Shown here: positions 1 to 13,149 of the stretch, in pieces
Numbering within the stretch: the first letter of the stretch is position 1
How the letters are laid out: each line of letters starts with the position of its first letter
DNA from: Octopus sinensis
Lineage: Eukaryota
DNA: 64,000 nt
Direction: 5' to 3'
NCBI RefSeq assembly: GCF_006345805.1
Contig: NC_043022.1
Location: forward strand, 15,190,001 to 15,254,000
Notes under the pieces: generated by a model
What the model was told of the DNA's origin: nothing
What the model saw: the letters and a program-made list of their open reading frames with translations, nothing else
Database searches by the model: none
Program-made: the position numbers and the translations under genes

Positions 1-18
1 ACACATACATGTATATGC

Positions 19-52
<34 letters not shown>

Positions 53-380
53 TCATGCATATACATATATACATACATACGTATATATATACATACGTAT
101 ATATATACATACATACACACACACATATATATACATACACATACATACACATAAATATATATACATATATATATACACATATACTCATATACATACGTAT
201 ATATATACACACACATACATATATTCATGCATACATATATACATACATACGTATACATATATATACATACATACACACACATACATGCATATATATGCAT
301 ACATATACATACATACACATATATATATACACACATATATATGCATACATACACATATATACATACATTTATATATATAC

Positions 381-415
<35 letters not shown>

Positions 416-1320
416 CATACATATATGCGTATATACATACGTACATACACGTATATATACATACATATATTTTTAGTTAATCTTTTTATTTTATCTAATT
501 TCAGCTCAAGAGCTGTGGCCATGCTGGGGCACTGCTATATATATATATATATATACATACATAATTAATTAATAAGGGTGAGAGAATTAGATACTAATTT
601 AATAGTATATTTATTCCACACCAAGTGGCCTAGTGCTACGAGAAACCTGGATTATTATAATATTTTATAACATATTATAATATTTTCACAAAATAAATAT
701 AAGAGAGTGGTCATATATTGATCACTCTAGCACCAGTTAATCCAAAAGGTTTTGGATTAACTGGTGCTAGAGTGATCAATATAGTGACCACTCTCTTATA
801 TTTATTATATACATACATATATATGCATACACATATATACATACATATATACATACATACATATACATATATAACATACATATACATACATATACATATA
901 TAAACATACATATACATATACAGGTATATACATATATACATACATATCTACATAAATACATAAATATATATACATACGTATATACATATATTCATGCATA
1001 TACATATATTCATGCATATACATATATACATACATACACATATATACATACATACACATATATACATACATACACACATATACATACATACACACATATA
1101 TATGCATATATATACATACATATACATACATTTATATATATACATACACATATATATACATACATACATACACATACATATATATATATACATATATACA
1201 CATACATACATCCATGCATATATATATATGCATGCATATATATATATACATACATACACATATATATACATACACATATACGTACATATATATATATATA
1301 CATACATATATACACACATA
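1..1320. repeat. (TA)n/(TACA)n compound microsatellite blocks (1-470 and 805-1320)
   Basis: Direct inspection. Similar blocks at 7220-7510, 8020-8480, 14250-14515, 27460-27850, 50085-50830 and 56325-56700. Confidence 0.95.
692..806. repeat. Near-perfect palindrome (about 56-bp arms, 2-nt loop)
   Basis: aataaatataagagagtggtca...ttaatccaaaa-gg-ttttggattaa...tgaccactctcttatatttatt; one bulge. Confidence 0.9.
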
Positions 1321-4300
1321 TAATGAGGTACCTGCCACAAACATATATGACTACCAACCTTGGTACCATAGAACTGGCAGAATAATATTCGGGTCATTTA
1401 TGCTGTTAATTGGACCTACCTGAATCTACAGTTCACTCTGCTTGCACATATGCATACAGGATTGTATATACACATGTGTATACCTACACTTGCACACATG
1501 TGTATGTGTACCTCTACATATATATTTTTTTCTTCTTTTTTTGCTATTTATATACATATTTAAGCAAAAAGAAAATTTGAGAAAACAAAAACTTACAAAA
1601 AAAAAACAAAATACGAAAAGAAAATGGAAAAAGAAAACACAAAAATTCTTTAAGAAAGTTTTATTTTTGTTTGTTTGTTTGTTTTTATTGTTGATATTTG
1701 GAGACAGAAACATAGATTCTAGGAAAGAAACCAAAAAAAAAAGAAAAAAATTATAATATATAAACAATAAAAGATGTAAAATAAAAATGAAAATTGAAAT
1801 TTCAAAAACAATAATATAATAATAATACTTAATAATAACATTATGATAATAATAATAATATAACTTATATAGGTACAAGGCCTGAAATTGTGGGGGGAGG
1901 TGGGGATGAGTTGATTACATCCACCCCAGTACTCAACTGGTACTTAATTTATCAACCCCAAAAGGATGAATAATAATCCTTTCTACTATCGGCACGCAGC
2001 CTGGATTTTGTGGGGCAGGGGACAAACAATCACATCGTCTCCCTGTATTCAACTGGTACTTAATTTATTGACCCGGATAGGATGAAAGGCAAAGTCGACT
2101 TCGGCGGAATTTGAACTCAGAATGCAGAGACAGGCGAAATACTGCTAAGCATTTCATCCACAATGCTAACGATTCTGCCAGCTCACTGCCTTAATAATGA
2201 TAATAATCACTTGGAGCACTAACGACCAAGTTTGAGAAATATGTCAAAGAAATCGGAATTGACATGAGAGCAGTGCAAACCCAAAAACTGCTCTGTTGGG
2301 GACAGCTAGGGTTTCGAGATTGGTACTTGGGAACAACCAAGTACCAAAGTTAGTGGAAAGGGAGCCCGCGAGACCTCTGACAGCAGGCTGCTGTCTGCTC
2401 CCACAGAATCTACCAGAACAAAGACCGTGTGTTCTGAGAAGTAAAACAATAATAATAATCATCATCATCGGTTAGCGTCCGCTTTCCATGGGTTGGACGG
2501 TTCAACTGGGGTCTAGGAAGCCAGAAGGCTGCACCAGGTCAGTCAGATCTGGCAGTGTTTCTACGGCTGGATGCCCTTCCTAACGCCAACCACTCCGTGA
2601 GTGTAGTGGGTGCTTTTTATGTGCCACCGAAACACAGGTGCCAGACGAGGTTGGCGAACGGCCACGCTCGGATGGTGTTTTTTATGTGCCACCGACACAG
2701 GTGCCTGACGAGACTGGTGAACGGCCACGCTCGGATGGTGTTTTTTATGTGCCACCGACGCAGGTGCCAGACGAGGCTGGCGAACGGCCACGCTCGGATG
2801 GTGTTTGTTACATGCCACCGGCAATAATAATTGTAATAATAATTTTATCTGCAGAAAGCCTGAAATTTGGTGGGTAGGAGCTAGTAGCTGAGGACATTGA
2901 CCCCTGTACTTCACTTGTACTTTATCAACCCTGAAAGGATGAAAGGTAAATTGAACCTCAGCGGAATTTGAACTAAAAAAACAAAGCGCAAGACGAAATG
3001 CTTTCTAAGCGTTTTGTCTGCTGTGCTAATGGATTGGCTAGCTTATAACCTCAAGAATAATAATAGTTATTATCATTATTATTATTATCATTATTATGAT
3101 TATTATTTAGAAAGTAAATTCAATAAAACAGAACACAAATGGAACAAAACAAAACACTGCACAAACCCAATGTATTTAGAAACCATGCGAGAGAAACAAG
3201 ACTACCAAATAATAGTAGTAGTAATAGTGATGATTATGAGCATTTTTTTTGCATTGACGCAAAGTCAGAAATTTTTGGAGGGATTAGGGGTGATCAACAA
3301 CTCAAACCTTAGTATTTAACCGGTATTTCTCTATACTGACTTCGGCTGGATTTGAATATAGAAACTTGAAGGAATCGGCTAAAACGTTGAATCAGCTAAA
3401 ACGTTGTCAAAGTGTGTTTATCTGGACCAGCAATCTTTTAGGTATATCAGTTGATAATAATAATGATAATAATAATTTCAAATTTTTTCCACAAGGGCAG
3501 CTTGGGGGGGGAGGTGGTGATGAGTCGATTACATCGATCCCCCAGTGCGTAACTGCTACTTATTTTATCGACCCCCGAAAGGATGAAAGGCAAAGTTGAC
3601 CTCGGCAGAATTTGATCTCAGAGGTATTTCGTCTGCCGCTACGTTCTAAGCATTTCGTTCAGCATGTTAATGATTCTGTGAGCTTGCTGCCTAATAATAA
3701 TAATAATAATAATATCGATAATAGCTGTTACTAGGGGTCTCAGGATGAAACTAGGAACATCATGTCTAAAAAAAACAAAAAACAAAGTAACAACAATGAA
3801 AATAATAATAATAATTCTTATACTTGTTAATTATTAATAATTAATTATTATCCACCAGTACCATCATCATCACCAACACCAACCAATGTACAAGAATGAA
3901 AAGAATTGGTTCTTTTATTTCGTAAAGAAAATGGGCAAAGATGAAGAGGAGAAAAACGTGAATATTGAGCGATCATGTGATTGACCAGATGCAGTTATAC
4001 ACCACTGGTCACAATGCTCTTTGCATCATTTTAGCTTTCAAATGATGCCACCCTGCTGGCTAGGTGAAGAGCCCTGTATTCCCCCCGTGCTCAGGAGGAA
4101 ACACCTATTTACAGGTGAGTGGACTGGGCCAATGTGAAATGAAGTGTGTTTGCTCAAGAACACAACATGGAGCCTGATCCAAGTATTGAACTCACGATGT
4201 AGCAATTGTGACTAACGCCCAAACCACAAGGCCATACACCCTCACCTGTGTAAATATATGCACGTGTATGAATTTGTAAGCGTGTGTGTGTGTGTGAGTA

Positions 4301-7300
4301 CATGTATACAAAAGGCAACATTGCTAAATCTCAGGTACAAAGTTGTCATGAACACGTCCTGCACATAACTGCAATCCCTCTTATTGCAATGCTAGAATCC
4401 AGGTTTAAGGAACAAGTGTCAAAGACATCCTGAAGAAAACAGGCCAACCATTTGGCCTTAAAACTAGTCATAGCAATAGAGCAAACATTCTGCTTGTTTT
4501 AGGTTCAAACTGGCCAGATCCAGCCTCTCACACCTACCCGACAATTAAACAATCACATGATTGAAATCTCTAAGCTAGAAAATAATACATGATTATTACA
4601 TTTGCCAGAGTAATTTGAATGCTAAGGGGTTAAATATGAAAGGTAATCCAGCTATGACCATCCCATTTGATTTGTTTTGGTTGTTTTTTTGTTTTGTTTT
4701 GTTTTTTGCAGATAGTAGTGTATCTATGGCAACATTTTGAATTATAACAAGGAGAGGAAAAAAGCTTGCTTAGCTGCCGGTCACAAGAAAGAATGATGAG
4801 GTTAGATGTGTGCCATGCTCTCACTAAATGCTGTAGGTGCCTGATTAGTCGTGAGCAGCCATAGGTACCCTCTTGGCTGTCCTCTCCTTGACCCTGTGAC
4901 AGCAGAATGGAAGAAGAGTGAGGAGAAGGGTTGCACCAGTACACAGCTGGTACTCACTGACAGCTGAATAGATATGGGGCAACGTAAAATGAAGAGTCTT
5001 GCTCAAGGATACAACAGACAGGCCAGTCCAGGAATTGAACTGAGGACCTTATGTTTGTAAGCCTATTATTATTATGACAATGATGTGACAGAAGTTTTTT
5101 TTTTCTTCATTTGTTATTTCTTTCTTTTATACAAATAAACAGAGGAAGAAATATTTATCAAAGACTTGTGCATCAGTGTGTGTGTAAGTGTATGTGTGTG
5201 TGTGTGTGTAAGTGTAAGTAAGAGAGAGCATTTGTGTGTGTGTGTGTGTGTGTTTGTTTTGGATGGTCTGGGCTACAGAAAAGATATCAGAAGTCTAAAT
5301 GTCTGAGACAGTTTATTTAATAAGGTTATAAAATTTTCAGACTAATTAATCTAATTATAATAAATGAATTATTTGTTTTGGCTGTTTACATATCTACACT
5401 ACGTTTCTATCAGTTTGATCTCCAGTCACCATTGAAAGTTTTCTCTTATTCCTCAGGGAATTCATAATCCCAGCTTGGCTCTTCATTCTTTGTGGCCAAC
5501 GACATAACATGATTATCCTTAATTGAAAAATAAAGAATTCACAGTTCAAATCCTGGAGTAAGTCATCGGATGACATCAGGAGATCAAACTAAGCAATCAA
5601 TATACAAGGCTGAAATATAGATTTGTAGTGGTTGAGTAGATAAGAACACAATGATCCTTAACTTAAAAATAAAGGGTTCTCAGTTCAAATCCAGGAGTAA
5701 AACATCGGGGGATGAAACCAAGCAATCATCAGCCCAAATTGGATAAGGATTCCCTGTGGTTGAATAGATAGTTTAGTCAATGCCATGATGTCCCTATCTG
5801 CTCTTGACTGGTACTTATTTTAATCGACCCAGGAGGGATGAAGGGCATAATCAACCCCAGCAGGATTTGAACTCAGAACAGTTCTCCCAGCTCACCACAA
5901 GCCCTGAGCTTTTGGGGTAAGGGGCTAGTTGAGTATATCAAATCCCCAGTGCACAACTGGTACTTATTTTATCGACCCTGAAAGGATGAAAAGCAAAGTT
6001 GACCTCAGCGGGATTTGAACTCAGAATTTAAAGACAGAAGAAATACTGCTAAGCATTTTGCCCACTGTGCTAACGATTCTGCCAGCCTACCACCTTATAA
6101 TCAATCCTTTCTACGATAGGCTCAAGGCCTGGAATTTGAGGGTAGCAGGATAGTTGCTCACATCAACCCCAGTACTTAATTTATCGACCCCGAAAGGATG
6201 AAAGGCAAAGTCCACCTCGGTGGCATCTGGACTCAGACCATAGTGACGGGCGAAATACCGCTAAGCATTTCATCCAGGATGCTGACAATTCTACCAGCTC
6301 ACTGCCATAATAATAATAATGGTTTCTGTTTCAAGAACAAAGCCAGAAATTTTGAGGCAAGAAGAGTGGGTGGTTAACTGATATCAGTGATCCCCCCAGT
6401 ATGCAACTGGTACTCTTATCAACCTACCCAAAAGAATAAAAGGCAAAGTTGAACTTGGTGTGAAGTGAACTCAAAACGCCAAGTTCTGAAAGAGATCCAA
6501 CAATGACGATGGTAACTCACAGAGTTGGGGTTCTAATCACAGCTTGGCTCCAACCACAACTAGGAGGAATTGGCAGAAGACTAAAAACCAAACAAGGAAA
6601 TATTTCCTCAAGGCTAAAGATCTTTGGGTTTGTGCAGTTTTGTTGAGTATTCGCCCCCTGGAGGATGAAAACTAATGTTTGAGACCCTGGTGAAATGTAA
6701 ACTTAGAACATAGAGCAATATAACTTTACCAAAAAAATTCTGCTATACATGAGTTGTAAGGCTGAAAACTGGTGGTGGTGGTGGTCATGGTGATGATGAT
6801 GATGGTGAAGGATAACCAATTATATCATGCCCTCCTTCCCGAGTAGTATGATTGGTGCCATATTTCATTTGATCCTCAAACGAAAATGAAGGGGTAAAGG
6901 AGACCCTGGCAGGATTTGAACTCAGAACAAGCATTAAGGAACATAACTCAATCTAAACACACTTTCATGAAGTCAATCAGACATTGGCAACAAAACCATG
7001 TGGGGCCTTACTGCACAAAAATAAATTACACTGACCTTTGGTGACCTCATCACTTTCCAGGTGGATTAGAAGAAACAAACAAAAATAAAAATCATTATTA
7101 TTAATATTATTATTATTACAACTGAATACACCACAAAACATTTTTCCTGATGCTCTACCAATTCTCACACTAAAGGTCCATTTTGAGGATTATCAGAAGA
7201 TAACAAAGGGAAGCTTGCATGTGTATATACACACACACCTCTATATATATATATATATACACACATATATATATACACACACCTCTATATATATATATAT

Positions 7301-7365
7301 ACACATATATATATACACACAGACCTCTATATGTATATATATGTATACATATATGCACACACCTC

Positions 7366-7406
<41 letters not shown>

Positions 7407-7675
7407 CTCTATATGTATATATATATAGACAGACACACACACACACCTCTATATATATACACACCTCTATATATATATATACACACACACACATATATAT
7501 ATATATATACATGCATACAGTAAGTATGGTGTTCCTTTATGTCCAGAGATAGACAGAACCTGAAAGTCAGATCTTAAAACTAATTATAGCACACACATAT
7601 ACAGCTTTATATATACATGTGTATACATTACATATATACATACACACATTACTCTTCATCAATGCTATATTTTTC

Positions 7676-7708
<33 letters not shown>

Positions 7709-8062
7709 TATATACATGCACACACACATGTGCATAGAGAGAGAGAGAAAGAGAGAGAAGTAAGAGAATAATGCAAGTGGGTAAGAAGTACAAGCTATAT
7801 GCATATGTGAAACTGGAGTGTGTGTATGTGTGTACGTATATATATATACACACACACACCGGTGGGGGCAGGGGGAGTAGGGTTCAATAGCCACAACAGT
7901 TGTGGTGGTGTAGTGGGCAGGGAAGGAGGAGAGTGTGAGGGGGGAAAGAAAGAGAATAGGGAGAGGCTTTGAACATGAAAATTTAAAGTGTATCTTGTCT
8001 GGTTTGATGTCTCATAGCAGAGCACATATATATGTATATGTATATATGTGTGTGTGTGTATA

Positions 8063-8095
<33 letters not shown>

Positions 8096-8431
8096 GTATA
8101 TGTGTGTGTGTTGTGTGTGTGTATATATATATATATGTGTGTGTATATATATATATGTGTGTGTGTGGTGTGTGTGTGTGTGTGTGTATATATGTGTGTA
8201 TGTATGTATATATATATGTGTGTGTGTGTGTATATATATTGTGTGTGTGTATATATATGTGTGGTGTGTGTGTATATGTGTGTGAGTGTGTATATGTGTG
8301 AGTGTATATATGTGTGTGTGTGTGTTTATATATGTGTGTGTGTGTTTATATATGGTGTGTGTGTATATATGTGTGTGTGTTTATATATGTGTGTGTGTGT
8401 GTTATATATATGTGTGTGTGTGTGGTGTGTG

Positions 8432-8474
<43 letters not shown>

Positions 8475-8764
8475 ATGTGTGTGTTAAACATAATAAAGAC
8501 AGAAACAAATAGGGAAACAGACGGAGGTCACCAAGTCCTCATCAGTTATCAGCCAGAGGGTCAAATACAATTTTGCTCCTTTCTGGTGACGCCCAACAGC
8601 AGCAAAGGGGCTGCCAGGAAAGAGTGAGGCGGAGAACAAGGGTACAAACAAACAAGAAATAAATAAGGATGCGATACCGAGAAAGTGGACATACAAATGT
8701 GAGACGAGACGATGGAGTGGACGGATGAGGGACAAAGATGGAAAATGGACATATGAACAAACTG

Positions 8765-8808
<44 letters not shown>

Positions 8809-9387
8809 GTGTGTGTATATTTTTGTGTGTTGTATTATTTTGGTTGCACTGCGTGGCACCTTGGGCAAGTGTCTTCTACTATAGCCTCGGGCCGACCAAA
8901 ACCTTGTGAGTGGATTTAATAGACGGAAACTGAAAGAAGCCCGTCGTATATATATATATATATATGCGTGTGTGTGTTTGTCCCCCTAGCATTGCTTGAC
9001 AACCGATGCTAGTGTGTTTATGTCCCCGTTACTTAGCAGTTCGGCAAAAGAGACCGATAGAATAAGTACTGGGCTTACAAAAGAATAAGTCCTGGGGTCG
9101 AGTTGCTCAACTAAAGGCGGTGCTCCAGCATGGCCGCAGTCAAATGACTGAAACAAGTAAAAGAGTAAAAGAGAGAGTTCTTGTTATTGTGAAGTCCACC
9201 TGTGGGTGCATGAGAGCCCCCAGGCAAGTAATCACCTGCCTGAGGTCTATGTGCACATACAGGCAAAACTGAGAGATACTAGGGACTGACTCGACCAAAA
9301 TATAAACATATATTAATAATCCCTGCTGTGGTATTGAGCACTCTTTGCTCCAACAATAAACTCTAAACAGGTATATTTAGACCCATT

Positions 9388-9419
<32 letters not shown>

Positions 9420-9520
9420 TATATAATGTACTTTTCCACGATAGAAAGATCAACAAAAAGAAGTACTCCAACTGGTGAGAGATAAATATTATTTATTTAA
9501 AGGACACAATACATGTTTTA

Positions 9521-9577
9521 AATGCTACTAATGGTTTCATATGCTGAGAAATACCTCAAACACATTCATCAGGCACA
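9521..9577 (-). ncRNA. Type I hammerhead ribozyme motif
   Basis: UGUGC-CUGAUGA-AUGUGUUUGAG-GUAUUU-CUCAGCAUAU-GAAAC-CAUUA-GUA/GCAUU: complete core, stems I-III pair, GUA cleavage triplet. Confidence 0.8.
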
Positions 9578-9603
9578 AACCACATATTGTATGATATGTG
9601 GCT

Positions 9604-9660
9604 TGTGTCTGATGAATGTGTTTGAGGTATTTCTCAACACATGAAACTATTAGTAACATT
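9604..9660 (+). ncRNA. Type I hammerhead ribozyme motif (inverted partner of 9521-9577)
   Basis: UGUGU-CUGAUGA-AUGUGUUUGAG-GUAUUU-CUCAACACAU-GAAAC-UAUUA-GUA/ACAUU. Confidence 0.8.
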
Positions 9661-9775
9661 TAAGACACATATTGTGTCCTTTAAATAAATAAATAATATA
9701 TATATATATCACCCTCACAGCATAACAGGGGACAGCCAGGTTTATACTAGAGAAAAAAACAAAAACCTTAAACCG

Positions 9776-9806
<31 letters not shown>

Positions 9807-10396
9807 ATAAAAAACAAAATAGTAATTATTAGTGGTGGTGATGGTGGTGATACTAGTAGCAGGAGTAATAATGTTGTTGTTGTTGGCAATGGTGATGGGG
9901 TAGGGAATGTTAAAAAAAATATCACACAAAAAAAGAAACAACAAAAGTTAACAAAACAAACAAAAAATTTCAAATGGTAATAGTAAAAAAAAAAAAGAAA
10001 ATATTATGAATAAACCTTCAGTTATGGTTGGAATGCTTGTTGGGTTATCAAGGTATAATGACAGGTCTGAGACTCTTGGACAATCCATACTCTGTGGGTG
10101 GCCACCTGTCGTATCATATATCTTCATGTCATGTTAAGTCAGATAAAAAAAAAATATATATATATAAAAAAAAAAAAGAAGCAAATCAAATCAGGCAGAT
10201 GTAATTCAGGTCATATTTGGATTAAGATCGGTCTTAATGTAAGATGTCACTGCATGTTAAGATCAGTCTTAACACAGATTAAGATTAAGTCTTTAGGTAA
10301 GTTGTCACAGGTTAGAATTATTTGTTTTGGAAGAGTAGAACAGGACAGGAGTAGAATAAGGAACGGAGAAGAGGTAACAATGACGGCGCTGGGGCC

Positions 10397-10484
10397 TCAG
10401 ACTGGGTCGTCCATTGACATCAGCAGAGGATTTACATACTCGAAGCCGTCAAATTCTGTTTGGTCGATTTTGTCAATGATGTTC
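10397..10484 (-). CDS. PRKCI: aPKC last coding exon: (S)[28 protein letters not shown]
   Basis: Acceptor tttgcag|GAAC; 88 nt ending in TGA at 10397-10399. Hydrophobic motif FDGFEY has the phosphomimetic Glu typical of aPKCs. Confidence 0.96.
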
Positions 10485-11731
10485 CTGCAAAACAAAAACA
10501 AGCAAAAAAAATAGAATGAAGTAATTCTTGTTTAGTACGGTGGATCTTGGAGAACATAGGTTACAAAGAACTAGGCTAGCTCATGCGCAGGGCACTTTTG
10601 AGGCCTTCAGCCCCACCATCCGCCATGCTTCATGGCCCTCTACCGTTGTGTAATGTAATGGACTCGGACACATTCGTTGTATATGTATCTCCTGTTATTA
10701 ATTAACTGATACCCCATTCCAAGAAACCTTGCTAGATCAGATTGGAGCCTGGTGCAGCATTCTGGTTTACCAGTCCTCAGTCAAAACCATCCAACCCATG
10801 CCAGCATAGAAAGTGGACGTTAAACGATGATGATGATGATGATGATGAAAACCTGACTACAAACATCATCGTTTAACATCTGACCTTCATGCTGGCATGG
10901 ATTGGATGGTATGACAGGAATTGGCAAGCCAGGGGGCTGCACTAAGCTCCGGTCATCTGTCTGCCATGGTTTCTATGGCTAGACATCCCTGATGCAGTGT
11001 TTGATGCTCAAATACAAAAGCATTGACAACGGCATCTCTGTGAGTAGGGTTAGTTCCCAATTCTTCATAGGCAATAGGAATAAAGTCAGGAGCAATATAC
11101 TGCAATTGAAAATTTTAAATTGTTATACTGAATATAATAAATGGAAAGCCCCTGGCCTATCAGGAATCACCTCTGAGATGCTTAAAATAGAAATCTTGCC
11201 AAATCAGATTGGAACCTGGTGCAGCCACCCTGGCTTACCAGTTTCCCAGTCAATCTGTCCAACACGTGTCAGCATGGAAAGCACGTTAAATGATGATATT
11301 AACTGTTCACAAAACCATTGAAAGAAATCAATTGAATCCCAGAAAAAGTATCAAAGTCAATACTTTATATCAATGGTAACAAAAGCAATCTAAATATTTT
11401 TCATCTTTGAAGCCAACCACTTTACAGAGTGTACTGGGTGCTCTGAACGTGGCACCAGCATAGGGGCTATTTACGAGGCACCATCTCCCAAGGGGTCACC
11501 AAGTAGCTTGCAAGACAGGGATGCTAACAATTCTACCAGCTCACTGCAGAGTGTACTGGGTGCTCCGGACGTGGCATCAGCACAGGGGCTATTTACGAGG
11601 CCCCATCTCCCAAGGGAGTCACCAAGTAGCTTGCAAGACAGGGGCCTTTCAGCTGGGAGAGGGAGAGGAACTAAGAGAGTAAAGAATGGTAAGAAAGTCA
11701 GAAAGCAAAACAACAACAAACAGCTACGTAC

Positions 11732-11937
11732 GAATCATCTGGGGTCAGTTGGACTGGTTCCTTGGTAAACATTTCGTCGAAGCGCCTCAAGTCACGGTCA
11801 GACTGCAGTTCAGGTTTGTAAGGGGGCGTTATCTGTTTCTGCTCCAGCAGCTCCCAGTCAATTTGCCGGAAGAATGCATGTGTTCTGATATCATCAAACC
11901 CAGCGTCGGGCACACAGCCAAGCCTTTCCTTTGGATT
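11732..11937 (-). CDS. PRKCI: aPKC exon: NPKERLGC...KEPVQLTPDD (AGC C-tail with turn motif)
   Basis: Acceptor ttttcag|AATCCA and donor GATTC|gtacgt; 206 nt, phase 0 to 2. Contains PPYKP and QLTPDD motifs. Confidence 0.96.
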
Positions 11938-12878
11938 CTGAAAAAGACCCAGGGACACCATTATTTCAACAGGCTATTTTTTTTTATTATATTTAAAAAT
12001 GAGAAAATCTGAAACTGTAAATCATTCAAATTACTCTGTCAAAGGAAAAGTTTATTTATTCAAAATGTTTATTTCGGCCGTTGCCAGCCTCGTTGCCAGC
12101 CTCGCCTGGCACGTAAAAAGCATCCACCACTACACTCACGGAGTGGTTGGCGTTAGGAAGGGCATCCAGCTGTAGAAACATTGCCAGATAAGACTGGAGC
12201 CTGGTGCAGCCTTCTGGCTTCCCAGATCCCCGGTCGAACCATCCAACCCATGCTAGCATGGAGAACGGACGTTAAACGATGATGATGATGATTCACATTA
12301 TTTTCAATTAAATATACATTATTTTTTAACTTTAAGATTTTGATGAAATAATTGTTTATTTTTAGAACGACAGTAGTAATGTTAAATATCTGCCAAAAAG
12401 TAATAATGGCATTTTCTGAAAGTCAAAATATCTGACATATCTCCAGAAAAAGAAAGTTCCAAACATGGCAGTCTCCACTCTTAAGTCACATATATGTCCA
12501 CCTGTGAATGGGACAAAGTGATCTTAGGTAACGTTTATTCACCTGAGTAAAATTTGAGACAAAGAATTTACTGGAACACGGAAGGTCTCGTTAACCCAAA
12601 CAGGGATCAGTAACCAAACCAAATTCCAATCATGTGAAGAAACCAGAATGAAAAACTGTATTTCAATTAATCATTGCTCAAAATAATTACCACAAAATAC
12701 AGATATTTTAGCCCAAATTGTAACGGAAAATTCTGTGAAGATACAAGAGTTGTATCAGTTTCACGATTAGAGTTTGATGTTGGATCTTTCATAGATAATC
12801 TTCAATCAAAATGGAACAATTAAAACAATTACTATTTTTAAATCTAACAATGAGAGATATTCAGCAACAGAACTTTGT

Positions 12879-13149
12879 AGTAAAGATTGTTTGCCGACAT
12901 AACATGGCAGTCCTGGTTTAGGACGAATGTTGCTGTAATTTTAGCCCCAGGAGACATTGCCTCCAGCTGGCTATACAACATGATCTGTGTCATATTTTCT
13001 AACAAGGGTGCTAGATTCCCTTGTTTGAAAATATAAGGGCACAGGTCATGCCATATAGCCAGCTGGAGACGATGTCTCCTGGGGCTAAATTACAGCAACA
13101 TTCGTCCTAAACCAGGACTGCCATGTTATGTTGGCAAACAATCTTTACT
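12879..13149. mobile_element. Foldback/MITE element with long inverted arms
   Basis: gtaaagattgtttgcc...cctggtttaggacgaatgttgctgtaa is mirrored by its reverse complement at the right end; short internal spacer. Confidence 0.75.

Noticed and set aside
9-1369. Long [12 protein letters not shown] ORFs here and at 7.2, 8.0, 14.2, 27.4, 35.4, 50.0 and 58.2 kb (up to 290 aa)
   Set aside because: Translations of (TA)n, (CA)n and (TACA)n microsatellites, which lack stop codons in most frames.
2620-2822. Regularly spaced repeats that could suggest a CRISPR array
   Set aside because: Eukaryotic context; units are tandem 60-mers with no unique spacers and no cas genes.
2555-2914. ORFs with repeated peptide units (RLANGHARMVFF) and recurring FLQLDALPNANHS peptides elsewhere
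   Set aside because: They come from 60-bp internal tandem repeats and the body of the family B SINE, not from a protein family.
4425-4462. ctgaaga...aggccaa-cca-tttggcct-taaaactagtc, hammerhead-like
   Set aside because: GAAA is mutated, spacing is wrong and stem I does not pair; at most a remote fossil.
11130-11190. KWKAPGLSGITSEMLK, resembling the KAPG motif ahead of LINE reverse transcriptases
   Set aside because: Too short to annotate; likely a tiny LINE fragment with no continuing frame.
11425-11642. Two direct copies of about 97 bp near the 11732 donor, giving 82-86-aa ORFs
   Set aside because: Local duplication of SINE-like sequence; no splice or coding support.
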